NCBI RefSeq assembly: GCF_009914755.1 | Contig: NC_060927.1 | Length of the DNA stretch: 64,000 nt | Direction: 5' to 3' (one strand) | Source: the human T2T-CHM13v2.0 reference genome, Homo sapiens | Part shown: piece by piece, positions 40,310 through 54,229 of the stretch | Numbering within the stretch: position 1 is the stretch's first letter | How the letters are laid out: every line of letters starts with the position of its first letter | Notes under the pieces: generated by a model | What the model was told of the DNA's origin: nothing | Database searches by the model: none | What the model saw: the letters and a program-made list of their open reading frames with translations, nothing else | Made by a program: the position numbers and the translations under genes

Positions 40310-40743
40310 TGTAGGGATGCTGTGGGTCTGATTCCCAGAACCCCCTTCGGCACCAAGGCACTCCTCTCAGCTGCTTGGAGTGCTGGTGGCTGATGTCCCT
40401 GGCCTGAGAGCCTCTTTACAAATTGCCCTGGGCCAAAGGGAGCTGCCTTACCTAAGGTGACCCTTAAGTGGAGGAGTTGATAGCCCCAAGCAATGACTGA
40501 TTCATGCAGGAGTTTACTGGCTTTGCCCCCTTGCCTCAAAGCAGGAAAACTCTGAAGCTCTATTTTACCTCCAAAGTTCCTCATGGCATCTAGGGTAGGC
40601 TGAGGCCTCTGCTGTGACTACATCACAGTCCAGCTCCTTCCTCTTCCCAATCCTATATCCCTCACGTCTCACAAATGATGTTTCCATGAGCACTCCCTAA
40701 TAAAGTCTCAGAGCTCACTTTCAGAATAACTTGATCTGTGACA
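40310..40743 (+). mobile_element. LTR16-like ERVL solo LTR
   Basis: TG...CA termini; ccttgcctcaaagcaggaaaactctgaag...gagcactccctaataaa...tctcagag; 5-bp TSD acagg/ccagg. Confidence 0.75.
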
Positions 40744-42844
40744 CCAGGATACAGCAATTCAGGTGTTTAAGTAAAATGAAAAATTGCTTTATTCTAAAAT
40801 AGATGCTTGCCTCCAAACCTATAGCACTGATATTGAGGCACGAAATCGAAGCTACTTCTTAAAAATTATCTGTGACTAACATTTCTGCTTTTGAAATCTG
40901 GATTAGTCCTAAAATATTTTACTTGTACCAATCTGTACTTGCTCAGCAACAAGAATACTATTTGCAAATAGTGCAAAATCAAAACCGGCAAATATAATAT
41001 GTTTCATCTGTAAAGCAAAGTAAAATATTCTCTTTGAGAAAATAGCTATTTCGTTTTCCCATATTTAAATAGAAACTATTGCATCTAAGGTATGAATAAA
41101 TGTTTATTATTTTACTTATCATAAAATTATCTTGATAACTATAAACATGAAAATGTATAATAGATTTGTAGACATTTCTATAGGTGAGAAAGTTTTGTTC
41201 TTAATGTTTACCAACAATGTCACTTTATTCATTGGAATGCCACATTTCTGGAAATATTAATATTCTTAATTGAAGCAGGTCTTTTAAAGCCTCCATGGAG
41301 TAGGGTCAGAAAAATATATAAACTCTATGTCTAGTACCACATATTTCATAGCCTATGCTATTTTATTACACAGTTTTAACAAATTAGTCTGATTTCAGAG
41401 AAGTTACTATCTCTACACCAAAATTTGTTGTGTGACATTAAAGTCAACAAATGACAAAAGCATTTATTAGTACAGAATAGCAATCAATACTGAATAAGGT
41501 ACTGAATAATTAATGTAAACTAAGTGATCATTAATGTTCACAAAATTCTTCTCCCTCCTTTTTTGATGTTTTTGTTAGCATATGTTTAGAATTTAAGTTT
41601 CAAATGCGAACTATAGAATAAACATAATAAATGTTGTTTCGGTCAATTTAAAAGGGCCGTATATTCACAAAAGTACTAACTTGTGAATATGAAAAAACAA
41701 AAACAGAGTTACTAATTCCTAAGTATTTGTTAATAGAGACTGAGAAAGTAAGACACATTCATTTCAGAAGTTTGCATTTTTGAAAAGCAAATTAATATGT
41801 AAATTTAGACATGTTTGTTTTGATAATTCATACAGATAAATAGGAACTCTAAACCAGTGGTTGTCAGTGGAAATTTACTGTATTAGATAATATATATAAA
41901 GTGCCCTAACACAGTGCCTGGCCAACTGGCGCTCACCACATGAGAAATATATTTTTTAATGAACCGAAGAACTTCCAAAGCAGCTACTTAGGCTTTCTGA
42001 AAGCAGTCAATCAAGATAATTTTAAAGCTACCTTCATTTTTTTCTCTTCGCTTATCTTGACTGCCTCAGAAGAATGATCACAATAAGAGGTTACTTTGTA
42101 AATTAATATATTGAAATACTCCATGAGAGTGCGGTGGTTTTCTCTCCATAATACAACGCTTTTAACCTTGAACTTCTGCACTCAATCCATTCAGCATTCG
42201 TCAGTCACAGACATCCTGCCTGACAACTTCATCTTAATCTTAACCTTAATCTACTACTTAATCTTTCATTTCCCCAGGTGACAAAACTGAAGTTCAAAAT
42301 GATCACGGATTGCCACTGTTAAATATTCATGCCAATGGAGAATTTCGTGCATCATTAAAACATATATATATTGATAGAAAACAGCAGAAACATCTAATTT
42401 CCTGATAGGATCATTTCTATAGTATCTTTAGTATCTTTTCCCTACATCATCAACTTATCTGTATTGAAATATATATACTTATTTATATTAAAATATATAT
42501 GCACTTATTTATATTGACATAAATACTTATGTTGAAATTATGTGTTTTTCAATAATAAGCTATGATTACATTACTAAACTCCTCCAAACATTCACATATA
42601 GCAGGAAATCATACAGAGCATTTTGTATAATATTAGATCCTAAGTAGTTATTTAATAAGCAACTAATTTGACATACATGGAGAATTATTCAAATCCATTT
42701 TCAAATATTTCAGTTAGAATTTGCTATGTCCACCGGGCAAGAGAGGGACTCACTATAGGAATTCAGAGGTCTATGTGATAGTAGGCATAAAAACTTTAGA
42801 TCTGATCCTACTAATAAGAAGTCGAAAATAAATAACGGCATAAA

Positions 42845-43559
42845 TGCTGAGAAATAAAAATGAAATCCTAAGGCGCCCCCCCCCCCCCCCCCCCCCCAAT
42901 GACTGAACGAATCCCCTTTGGCCAAGGAGAACCCAAAGAAACCTTGAAAACTGAGTTCCCAGCCATGAAGGGATGGGAGATCAGACACGCCTACTTATAC
43001 CCCCTCCCTCACTAACAGCCATTAGCCTTTCTTCCTTATGGGCTAACCAGAAACTAGCCCTTTCAACCAAACAACTGATGCTGCTCCGTTTTAAGTTTCC
43101 ACAAAAAAAATGGACCAGCATTCCTTGTGGGTAAGAGACCACCGATGGCAGAGTGCTTCTTGCTCAGTCTAGGGAGAATACGCAGTGAAGGTTTTTGTGT
43201 CCTCTGCTACCCTATTTGACATCAGAGGGCTCCAGACTTCAGCCTTGGATCATGCTAACATCGCCATTTTTTGAACACAGGTCCCACGGAGAGGCATAAA
43301 GCTCAGTTGTGCATGTACATCTTCTACTTTCATAAATATTCATGGCTCCTTTTATAGCATATTACACATGTATTTGGCCACCTCTTTCAGCATAAATTCC
43401 TGTTCCCTTCGTCCCTTCCTTGAAGTGTCTGTTTCTGGCTTCTGGTTGGAGGCTATGCTTCCCCGCCTGTCAGAATGGCCAGCCTGCAGGCTGCAAACGT
43501 TTATGAAAAATAAAGCTCTCCTTTCCAAATTTAAGAATATCATCATTCTTCAGTTAAAA
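42845..43559 (+). mobile_element. MER39-like ERV1 solo LTR
   Basis: tgctgagaaataaaaatgaaatcctaag...gactgaacg...ttggccaagg...aaataaagctctcctttccaaattt...cttcagtt. Confidence 0.8.
42876..42897. repeat. Poly(C)22 homopolymer
   Basis: 22 consecutive C. Confidence 0.97.
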
Positions 43560-44629
43560 AAGCAAAACTTGATTTGGCCAAAACATTGGCCATGGAGTGC
43601 TGTAGTTAATGGAATTGGCCAGCCAGGGTGGGAGTAAAGCTAGAGAATATAGATAATTTAATATATCTATTCATTAATTGGCATGGATTAGCCTTCTATC
43701 CTCTTAATTCCTTTAAAACACACAATTCTGCCAGGTATCTCTTATAATATCCAATGTATAAAATCAAAAGCCAAGCTTCTAGGAAGCAAAATATCTTACC
43801 AGAAAGAAACTGAACAACTCTAATGATTTTTAATGCACTGATACAAATAGCTTTTGAACTAAAACAACAATATGATAAAAACAAAACAAAACAACAATTT
43901 AAAAAATACACCTTACAGAATCATTTTGTCAAATTAGTTCCGAGACATAATTTGTTAAAGCCAGCTATCTTATGAGAGGTTTTTATGAAAGGAAGGTGGA
44001 AGGAAGGAAGGAAGGAAAGAAGGGTCACATTCCTTGTGAAGGAATATTCAGTATTTATCGCTGATTTTTATCCCCAGCATGGGAACATGCTGGCACTGCC
44101 TTATATTTGAAGAAGAATCCAGAAAGATATGAGTATCATATCAAATATGTTTCAAAACCCCTCAAATTTACATTCTTTAACATCTGCTGACCAAATCGGA
44201 TAAATAAATATGTGTTTGTCACATTCCCTTGCATGTCTGCCTCTCAAATATTCAAGGTTGTTGGTTGGGGATAACAATGAGCAATTTTCCTGTTGGGATT
44301 TTTTACTCTTTGTCCAGGAAAATTGTATGTTTACCCATATTTCCTTAAACCTCAGTCATCCAAACTCCATCCAGTTCCCATCTCTGTCAACAGAATGATA
44401 TAACTAAAAACATATTTTGACATAATATTTGAATTTAGTATGATTTGGTAACCATTTTTCTTTCGTTGTTTCTTTTTTTCTTTTCTTTTCTTTTTTTCTC
44501 CCCGCCCCTCTCCTCTGTTTTGGATTGTTGATTCACTGACTAGGTTTCAGAAAGTTGATCCAGCACTTACTATAAAGCTCCTCATTGACCTAAAGTGAAC
44601 TGGCCTTAGCAGGTCAACTCAAATGTTGA

Positions 44630-44830
44630 AACTCAAGGTCTGATCCCATAAGGGCAAGTTGTCAGCCCTAATCCACACAGGATGGTGACTGCTGTCTCAT
44701 ACATCCTGCTTATGACCACAGAGAGGAATGAGGTGAGAATGGGAGTATGAGTCAGGGCAATTGGAGCTCCATTCTGGAAATACTGATTCAAAAACATTTG
44801 CCCATGTCAATGGTCAGTGATTCGATCTTT
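44630..44830 (+). mobile_element. Possible MamSINE1-like ancient SINE
   Basis: gaccacagagaggaatgaggtgagaatgg...ctggaaatactgattcaaaaacatttgccca resembles recalled MamSINE1 3' part. Confidence 0.35.
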
Positions 44831-45402
44831 TCCCATGAAGGAAATCACATGGAAGTGATCTGGGTTTCCCCTTGTCCAAATTATTTATTCATTTTCAGTT
44901 GTGGTATTTAAATATTCCAGTAAGTCACCTCAACACACTTGGAAGGAAGCTAGGAAAGAAGCACTAATAATATTTTATCTGTCACTGTCATTAAATGCCA
45001 CGACCAAAATCAAAACACTGATAATTATCCAGTTGCCAATATCCTGAATCAAGGTCTCCACTAGAAGAAAAACGGGATCTCTCACTTATTTAACTAACTT
45101 TGATGACAATTTCTGGTGCCTGAAACATACTAGAGAAAAATTATGTTAGGAGTATCAGGCAAGGAGTTTTAAATATTTAACCCCAAATATCCCTCTGTAC
45201 TGCAGCCCCTTTGTCAGGTAGACAGTGAATAATTCAGGACAGGTGCCTGCTTTATAGGAAATCAAAAGATTTTGCCTGGAATATTCCTCTCAAGTTTACT
45301 GCTAGTGATATAGAATATAAAATCACAAAATTTCCCTCCAGAGGAATTTCTTAAAATTAAATTTCACACCATGAATCATAACTAATAAAAGAGGTATCAT
45401 GC

Positions 45403-45615
45403 TGGGATGTCTAATATGGTGGCCATTGACAGTCACATGTGACTATTTTAAATTTGAATGAATTAAAATTAGTACAATAAAAAAAATTCAGTTATCAGTC
45501 ACACTAGCCGCATTTCAAACGTCTGATAGCCACATGGGGCTAGAGGCTTCTGTATTGTACACTGCACATATAAAACACTTCCATTCTCACAGAAGGTGCT
45601 ATTGGACATTACAGC
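45403..45615. mobile_element. MER3 hAT MITE
   Basis: gtcacatgtgactatt...cagtcacactagccgcatttcaa...tagccacatggggctag...ctattggaca. Confidence 0.8.
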
Positions 45616-47119
45616 TCCAGTGCAAAGCAATGTTCTCAAGCAGCAAATAATTTACAGATAAGATGCTTGATACAGTCTGTTTCAAAATGAATTGCTAATG
45701 GGAGAGAAACTCTTGCTTTCTCCTGGGTCCTTTGACTTTTCAGATTGAGGAGAAGAGTTTTCTCAGAGCTGAATGTGTCACTGTCAGAAGCCAGACACCG
45801 TTGGGACCATGCCAGAAAGAAATCATCGTCCATTTCTAGAGATGACCATGGCAGTCTATGAATCTTCATGTGTGAGCAATGATGATCATACTCAAAGAAC
45901 AAACCAAATTTTTAAAAAGTTAATGATTAAGTAAACACTAATGAATAATGTGTGCTTTAGATAAAAATAATATCACATTTTTGAACCAAGCACGCATAAA
46001 GGAGCCAGTCATAGGGCAAAGGAGTGTTTATTAGTATCTGATAACCCTTGGAAGTACAATCACAAAGTTTTCATTTCTGCCAACAAATTGTGTCAAAATC
46101 TAGTCTCATTAATGGCAAGTGTTTAAACTAAGCTAATGTATGCAGTTAAACCTGGCTTACTACATCTGTCTCTCAGGGAAATTTTACCCATGATATCTAG
46201 GCTTTGGTCATCTCACTCTTTAAAAAGAAAAAATAATGCTAAAATCTTGTTACATGGTCTTGTTTACTCATGATCTGTACCTCTTAACTGAGACTTGCCT
46301 GCACGAACTTCTCTGTGCCAGTGGGGCTGGGCAAAAGGGAGAGACTGTTTAGAAAAGGAAAGAATGGTCAACATTGTCTCAGGCTGCAGAAGGATCAAGT
46401 AAGATGGTAATGTCTGATAGATTTAATGTCATGGAGATTTTTGGTGACCTTTACGAGCCATTTAAGTGCAGTCATTTATGTGGGTCGCATTACAGAGAAG
46501 CCACTTTTGAGGAGGGTGAGGAATGAGTGAGGGTATCATAATGGAGACCAATGGAGACAATTATTTTCTCCACTTTGACTGGGAAGGAAAAGTAGAGTGG
46601 GACACTATACATATGGGTAAATAAGCCTGATAGGCATAGAAAGGAACTGATTCAATCCAGAATATCTAATAAAACTCACTTTTGGAATGTCACATTTCAA
46701 CTAGCAATTTAGACCCCAAAATGTGAATCATAAAATGTAAATTATAACCCCTGAAAGCATAGTAAGCAATGTAATTTGTGTTATCTAAGTTACATTGCAC
46801 CCAACTTGCTCTTGAAACCTACATCAAAGTATTACTAAGAAAACCAATCATCTATTCCTGGTGCAGGATGCAGCTCAAACACGAGTTACTCTATTCAGTA
46901 TTTCCTGGACATCTCTGTAGAAAGATCACTCCCTGGTGCCCTGCTCTGGCCTGCACAGGCTTCCTTCTAGCCAACATTACTAGACTTACTTGACTTTGTA
47001 TCTGTCTCCCTATATGAGGAAGCTGTTTGTTAAGAAGAATATCTGTTCCATTCATTCTTGACTTCTATATATTAGGAGGTTCCTGGTATCTATTAAGTGA
47101 CTTGTGTATTGTTTTAGAA

Positions 47120-47175
47120 ATGGATGGATGGATGGATGGATGGATGGATGGATGGATGCATGGATGGATGGATGG
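47120..47175. repeat. (ATGG)n tetranucleotide microsatellite at an L2 3' tail
   Basis: About 14 ATGG units, one interrupted. Confidence 0.93.
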
Positions 47176-47599
47176 AAAAATGAGTGAGCAAACAAATGAA
47201 TACATGAAGCTGAATCATCACAGCCTGCTGAGATATTGTACCCATTTTTTTATTGTGTCCAAATTAACAATGGTGTACATTTACAAACCAGCAGCTTCTT
47301 TGAAGAACTAGAAAAGAAAAGCGGATTAAACTATCAGAGTTTATTGGAGTGTACTGCTAAAAGGTGAGAAACATTTTATCAAAGATTTTTAGTGCAATTA
47401 AGCTCCCATTATTGTTTTCTTCAGAAAAATAAATGGCCCAAACACACTAAGTCCTAGGCTTTTTATTTTATTAACATCTTTTCCTCTATCTTTCTTAAAC
47501 ATGGATTTCATTTTTAGGTGTAAATTTATGCTATCTCATAAACAACTCCCCTTGATTCCCGTGGCATAAAAGCAATATTATTTCTGCTTCCATACACTG

Positions 47600-47770
47600 G
47601 GTACTGTACTGGGTCCTCTGTAGGATAGCTCCTTTGATCTTTTAATAGTCTAGTGAATAAAGAAATGGAGCAGTAGTAAGGTTAAAACAATTGCTCAAGT
47701 TCATGCAGTTAGTAAGTGGTAGAGCCAGGATTTGTCCAAAAACATTCTGCTTCCAGAGTGTAAGTTCTTA
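47600..47770 (-). mobile_element. MIR
   Basis: ttgctcaagttcatgcagttagtaagtggtagagccaggattt. Confidence 0.65.
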
Positions 47771-48829
47771 TATCTACATTTTGTTCAGAGATTGCCCTTT
47801 TTTGATGAAAGGTGGTAGAGAAAAAATGTATAAACAAAAAGCTAGTTTCAATTAAACTTTGCCAGAGCAAGTCAAATCAGTATATACTAAGAGGCGATCA
47901 TTTGTAAGGCAAAGGATTATTCAAAAAGCAATTTCATAAGCATCTTGCCTCCACAAGTTTATCATGTTTATAATCCAGTATATTGTAGATTATCCATATG
48001 TTGAGTCTACCAGATAACCATGTGTTTTTCCATAGGTATTAGATTTGTATTCTTTTTGTATCAACTCATTATTTATTCAATTGTCCCTTTTATTTTGCCT
48101 GCATAGTTTAGAAGAACAAAATAGAAACTAAGTTTGCATTCAACGTAACTAATTCTACTTAATGATGATAGCTCTAAGAACATTCACTTGATTGTGAATG
48201 TTTTCACTCAACGTTCCGTTGTGATTTTTTCCACATTTTAATCTAATGTTATTTCATAAAGACCATGGCACAAAATTCCTAGGAAACCTAACTGTTGTTG
48301 GCATGTCACTGTCACCAGCATCAAATTAAATAAAATTTATTAAGAACAGTGAATACCACACTGTCACTGTTTTAAGGGCCTATATTTAGCACATCTCTAG
48401 CATTTGCAGTACCCATTAGCTTCCAAGGTTTAGGAACTGTGAGTTCTTGGATTCCATTGCTTTGGTGAACATTCTTACAAACTCTATAATACCAAAAAGA
48501 TACTCTGATTTCAATTTCCTTAAGAACATTCCCTGCGGAGCTGACTTGAGCTCTGTTTAGTCTCGGCCTCAATGTGATTGTTTCTTCTGGCAGGTTGTGC
48601 TTAAAACAAACCTTACTTTATATTTTCTTTTAATTCTGAAACATTTAGTCTTTGGAGAAGATGTAAAATCAGTTCCTAATGGAATTGTAGTAATTGTGGA
48701 ATCCCAAAAAGGATTTACTTTAAATGGAAGAGAAATAAAATGCCTATTAAATGATTGTAAGCAAGAAGATCCACACAACCATATTTTATTTTTATAAGGA
48801 GTCCTGTCCCTTTGAGCCTATATTATGGT

Positions 48830-49010
48830 CTAGGTTCTTTGCTGGATAACTTTACATACATTATTTGTATAAACAATGAAGATATCCTTATTTTCATTTT
48901 ACAGGTGAAGAAAAGGAGGTTTAGCAAGATCATCTTACTCAAGATAAACCACTCGCTAAATGGTAGAGCTAGGTAGAATTAGAAACCAGATAGGGATGAT
49001 TTCAAAGCCC
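48830..49010 (-). mobile_element. MIR
   Basis: ttcattttacaggtgaagaaaaggaggtttag...gctaaatggtagagctagg. Confidence 0.6.
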
Positions 49011-51299
49011 ATATGTATTTTTTTTTTTATTGTATTATACCTCTCTCCTTTTCAAATATCTACCAAGTCCTGATTTCCACCAAATTGAAAGAACAACTGA
49101 TAGGAGCAGAAATGTCCTCCAAGGAAAGGACCTGCATTTTCACATTCAAATGGCCAGAAGGCAGCAGATATAGGATTTACAAATCCAGAAAAAAAGAGAA
49201 ACTGCTTATAGCCCCAGGTAGAAGAAAGTCCTCATATCAGGGTTAAGGAGCTATCACCAATGCAACACATAAGGAAAGGGACATCTATATTATGATAAAA
49301 GGAAAGACATCGTAAAATAGTGCAGTTAAACACAAGGATTAAAGCTAAACTAACATGAAAGGGACGCAAATAATCAGTGGGACTTGTCATTGCTGGGGGC
49401 CATGTCAGTGGAGATAATGAGCATTAAAGGCTAAATCTGAGGCAGCTTTTGGGAGGGTCCCTGGGCCCTGAGAATCCCAGCACTGACCAGAAGTCCAAGA
49501 TCAGAGGCCAAGGTTAATGAGAAAACACAGGTTTTTCTGGTTGACATCATCATGTTCTCACCCTCTTGTGAATTGCAGCCTAAATATACAAATCTGGAGC
49601 TTGGCATGAGGCACATATACATCTTGACTTGTACAACTAATTCCCATCCATTTTGCTCAACTCAGGCTGAGCCAGAATTAACTAACTAATGCAGAATGCC
49701 ACAGAAATTGCATCTGATTTTTCTTTGGCTGCAGATTCACTAGAAGCTCATGTTCTTACTATTCCTTAGAATTTGGGAGTCTAGAAAAGCACAGGCCTAA
49801 ATAAATTTCTAAGAGAGAAATTTAATTTAACAATTAGAGTAAAATATTCTGGTAATGAAATTGTATTCTGCTAGTGTGTGGGGGATCATATAGACTGAAT
49901 TATTTAAAGCAGTCCTAATTTCAAATAATAATAACCAGTAAAATAATAATAATAACCACTCTAAATTTTGAGTAGTTCATATATACATAGGCTGTTAATT
50001 TTCATAGCAATTCTGTTAGTCCTTAATAATTTAGTTTTTTAGTTGTGGAAACTGGGGAATCTATGAAATTAAGTACTCTGTAGCAGCTAATTCAACCTAT
50101 GCGTACATAGGTTGATTGATTTTAATGCTCGTTCTTTGTAAAAATCATATTATCTGTATTGTCCCCATAAGCCAAGTATAAGAATCCATTATACCACTCC
50201 CCTTCTAGTACTCAGGGCATATATTATTCATCAATTATATTTCCAGTTGGCCTCAGAATCCTCCTTAACACAACATACCAGTATCTAATCCAGTTAATCA
50301 CAGTTTGCTATCCCCGACACAAACCCTCAACATTAGGGCATCCAAACCTCTCTGTAAGTCTTGGAAGACAGACAATAGAATAATGCTGACAGTTTCCTTA
50401 TACCTCTGGCAAAGTGTCCAATCATCTTTTGGTTAGAATCCAGTGAGAGGACTAAGAAAGGCATCTGATTTGTCTGTCAAAGCTTGCCCAGGTTATGAAG
50501 ATAACTGGAGACCTACATTTGTAACTCAGTAAATGGGAGACTTTCATTCCTGGACATTCTGCAACAGCCAGTGTTGACCTGGTAAATCTACCTGAGATTC
50601 GCTCATGATTCCAATGTGACTGAATGCCTTGAGAATATACAACTCCCTCACAGCTATTCTTCTTTATTGATATGTCTTAGACAGTAGAAGTTCGTGAAGT
50701 GACCTAATCACTGTAAACCCAAACGTTTTGTAGAAAACGCAACAACAAATAACCCTAAAAGGAAACTGGAGAAGGGGCTCTGATCACAGCCTCAGGAATT
50801 GGAGTTAGTCCCTTCAAATTCATGGGCCTGTTTGACTTAAATTGTAAAGATTATTTTGTGCTTTTGAACGGACATTAATCCCAAAGGAAGAACAAACAGA
50901 ATGAGTCAAATTGCTTTGAGCAGGAATGCCTGCTGAGAGGGGAGAGAAATTCTGTAAGAAGCACGGCTTCTGAAATTGGCCCTGCATTTTCCTGAATGAT
51001 TCTGATCTGTACTGCATATAGTTTTCAAAAGTCATTATGCTTTCCAAGTGCTAAATATTTGCTTCCCAAGTTATCAGTGTCATTATGACCTTTGCTTGCC
51101 TATTTATACAGTTTAATGTCCTCCTTATAAGCGAAGATAAGAAAACTACTTTTTAAAAATTTTGTAAATTTATGTTGTTCTTCAGCTGCTCTCTGCCCTT
51201 CAAGGTTCAGCTGAAAGGCCCTGCCACCCACCCCCCAACCCCATCCACTTAGCATGATAGTCAATTTTCCCTTTTGCAAACTTCTACAGAATATTCTAA

Positions 51300-51480
51300 G
51301 TGCTTAAGAGGGCAGGCTTTGTCATCAGAAACCTGCATCCAAATTCCAGTGTTTTCATGTCCAAAGGAAATTAACAGCTATTTCGGTTCTCCTTCTATAA
51401 AATAAGAATAACAGCTAAATTCCAGGATTTCTGTAAGGCTTACAGGGAGAAATAATAGAGTAAATACTAAACTATAGTAA
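51300..51480 (+). mobile_element. MIR
   Basis: gtgcttaagagggcaggctttgtcatcagaaacctgcatccaaattccag...ctataaaataagaataacag. Confidence 0.55.
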
Positions 51481-53519
51481 CTATTCTTAATGTCTTTTTT
51501 ACTCATTTTTTATCAAAATGATATGAAATAATGGAATATATTTTATTAAATTTTTATTTTATTAGCATTATTGCTTAAATCATTAATTGGTATATCTCTT
51601 ATGATACTTACATTTTGTTTGCTAGTAATTTGATTCTGAGTTAAGCTTTTGAAGGGGAGTATTCATGGCTGGGTCATCTTAATTTTTTTCTATGGTGTCT
51701 AAGAAAGAGTTTTGAAAATTATAGGCACCCAAGTACTTTTCAGTGAATGAATAAATAAGACATTGTTGCTTTGAAAGCTAATCCAGAGAGAAGAAATGAA
51801 AATGGCAAACTATACTTAATGTCATTAATACTATTAGGTACCTGTTTTCAATGTGCTCATTGTGAGATGGTAGGCATAGGAAACAATATTGAAAAGAGAG
51901 AGAAAGAACAAAAAGGAAGGGATGGAAGGAAGGAGGTTTGGAGGGAGGGAGACTAGCAGGGAGGGAAAATAGCAATTTGGAGAAATAATTATATCCAAGC
52001 GACTTACTTGATTGACCTCGATAGAACTGTTAGTGAGGCAGCCTGTGAGTAGCACTAAAAATACCCCCAAGTCATCCTATATGGAAATACCCACTCTTAA
52101 ATGATCTCATGGTAACCCATAGAAGTATATGTCTTTTAAACTGGAAAGTGATCAACCAAGAGTGTGGCATTATCTGACAAAATATTGTATGAGAGAGACT
52201 CGCTCAGTGCCTAATACGTGGTAAGGACTCAAAATATGATAGCTGACTTGGAATCTGGGACGTAAATATTTAATATTATTTATGGTCAGTGGAAAAATAG
52301 AGTCACACTAATTCACTTCCTCCCTTTTCAGCTTGTCCTCAGTTTGTTACCTGTTCTGTCACCTCTTCTCTCTTGGCTGCCCTCATCTTTCATTCCTCTC
52401 AGATTTACTTCTTGGCTCACTCGTTCTTTCTCACAAACATTCATTCAATATTTATTGGTTACTCACTCTCTTGAATACACTGGGTAAATTTCAATAAAAG
52501 TAAATGTGATATTAAGCCCTTTAAAGCAAGGTAAAGCAATAGTGAGAGAATAAGCAAAACACTTTTTTTAAGTTCTTGTTCTTGCCGGCTTCTCCTTTGG
52601 AATCATCATTTTCTCTTATTTAATAAAATAATATTATCTTTCCTAACCATCAACTAAAAACAAGTGCAATTTTCTAATATTATCACATAGTAATAAAAAG
52701 ACATTGGTAGACCACAATTTGTTCTTTCCTGCGTATTTTCAAGAGTTTGCAACCCACTTCTTTTAGTGAGGAGCCACATGTGATGTTTAACTAATAATAT
52801 CGGATATGATGACTGATGCTTTTTTATCAAAAGGTAATATGCTCTACTAATCACATGGACTAGAATCATGGCCATTCAATTTTATAAGTGGCTTTCTTGT
52901 TTATTTGCTATGCTTTCACCAACTACTCCAGCCAAAATTTTAGATGGCATATTGGCACTGGGGAAATCTTGATAACAACTGTTTATGGCAGTCTTGCCTA
53001 TAGCTTAAGAATTCCATTAGTCTAGCCAAAATTTTAGTTGGTTATTTTTTTTTCACATATCCTAGCTAAATCTTAAGTGCTACACAGTTCAGCATAGAAA
53101 TATCCTTTCTTCTCTACCCTTGTAGGCAAGCCCATAGTCAGACAGTCCCTTACATCGCAATGTTACACACACAGCCTTTCAACGGCTGCTGCCACAAGGC
53201 AGGGAGATGCTTTGGATTTTATTTCTGTATTTTTAAAATGTTGTCTTCCATTGAATTGCCCTTAGCTACATTTACATTTAGCTAGTCTGGGCTAGGTCTC
53301 AACTGACTGGTAAATTCCAATTACAGATCTGAGTGTAACAGAATTGTTTCAAGGAACTCAGAGTCTCCTATCACATTTCAGAGTATTATACTGTTGAAAG
53401 ACATCTAAGTCCTTCCCTGATAACGTAGGAATATGGTAAGGTAAACCTTCTGACAAAAAAAATTATTTTTATTTTAAATAAGTCATAGATTCAGAAAGCC
53501 TATGTGAATATATTCCATC

Positions 53520-53522
<3 letters not shown>

Positions 53523-53550
<28 letters not shown>
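53523..53550. repeat. Poly(A)28
   Basis: Seen directly; no adjacent Alu/L1 body. Confidence 0.95.
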
Positions 53551-53553
<3 letters not shown>

Positions 53554-54229
53554 ACATTTTTGGCACATGGGAAGTAAATTTGATTGGCATGAAACAAATT
53601 ATGTTATTCATTATGTTTCTGGAAAGGTAAAGGCTGTACAATTGGTAAATTAAAAGTGATTATTTCAGTAATGAGATATTTCAGATAAGCAAGCTTTAAT
53701 CTGCCAAAGGAAATGGCAGGGCATACCTCAAGGGGAGAGCTTAGGAAAGCTGGCTGACTCTCAAATAAATCTGTTTTACCAAAAGCACAAATATACATCA
53801 CAGTTAAAGTGGGTAGAAGGGAAACCAAAGGAAACAGAACAATAGAGCTGCATATATTTGGAACACAAATGTACACACATGCATTTTCTAAAAGAATCCA
53901 GACTAAGAATGATAAAAAAAAACGAAAAAAAAAAAACAAACAAAAAAGGAAATAAAACAATCAACCAAAAAAATCATGTGTATTTTTGGTGCTACAGATT
54001 AGAAAATATCAAGACTGTAAATCAAACTTAATGTGATGAAATGAGGGAAAGAGAGGCAAAGATTTCATTGATTTACTGATCCATTGGCTCAGGTATTGAA
54101 AACATGTAAAGAAATGGGAAAACAAATGTAAAATGAAAGTTGGATACCTGGAGTATGTTTTATGAACTGGTCAGCCAGTGAAAAATATCAGATGATAGTG
54201 AAAACCATCATGACAAATGTTTGACATCA

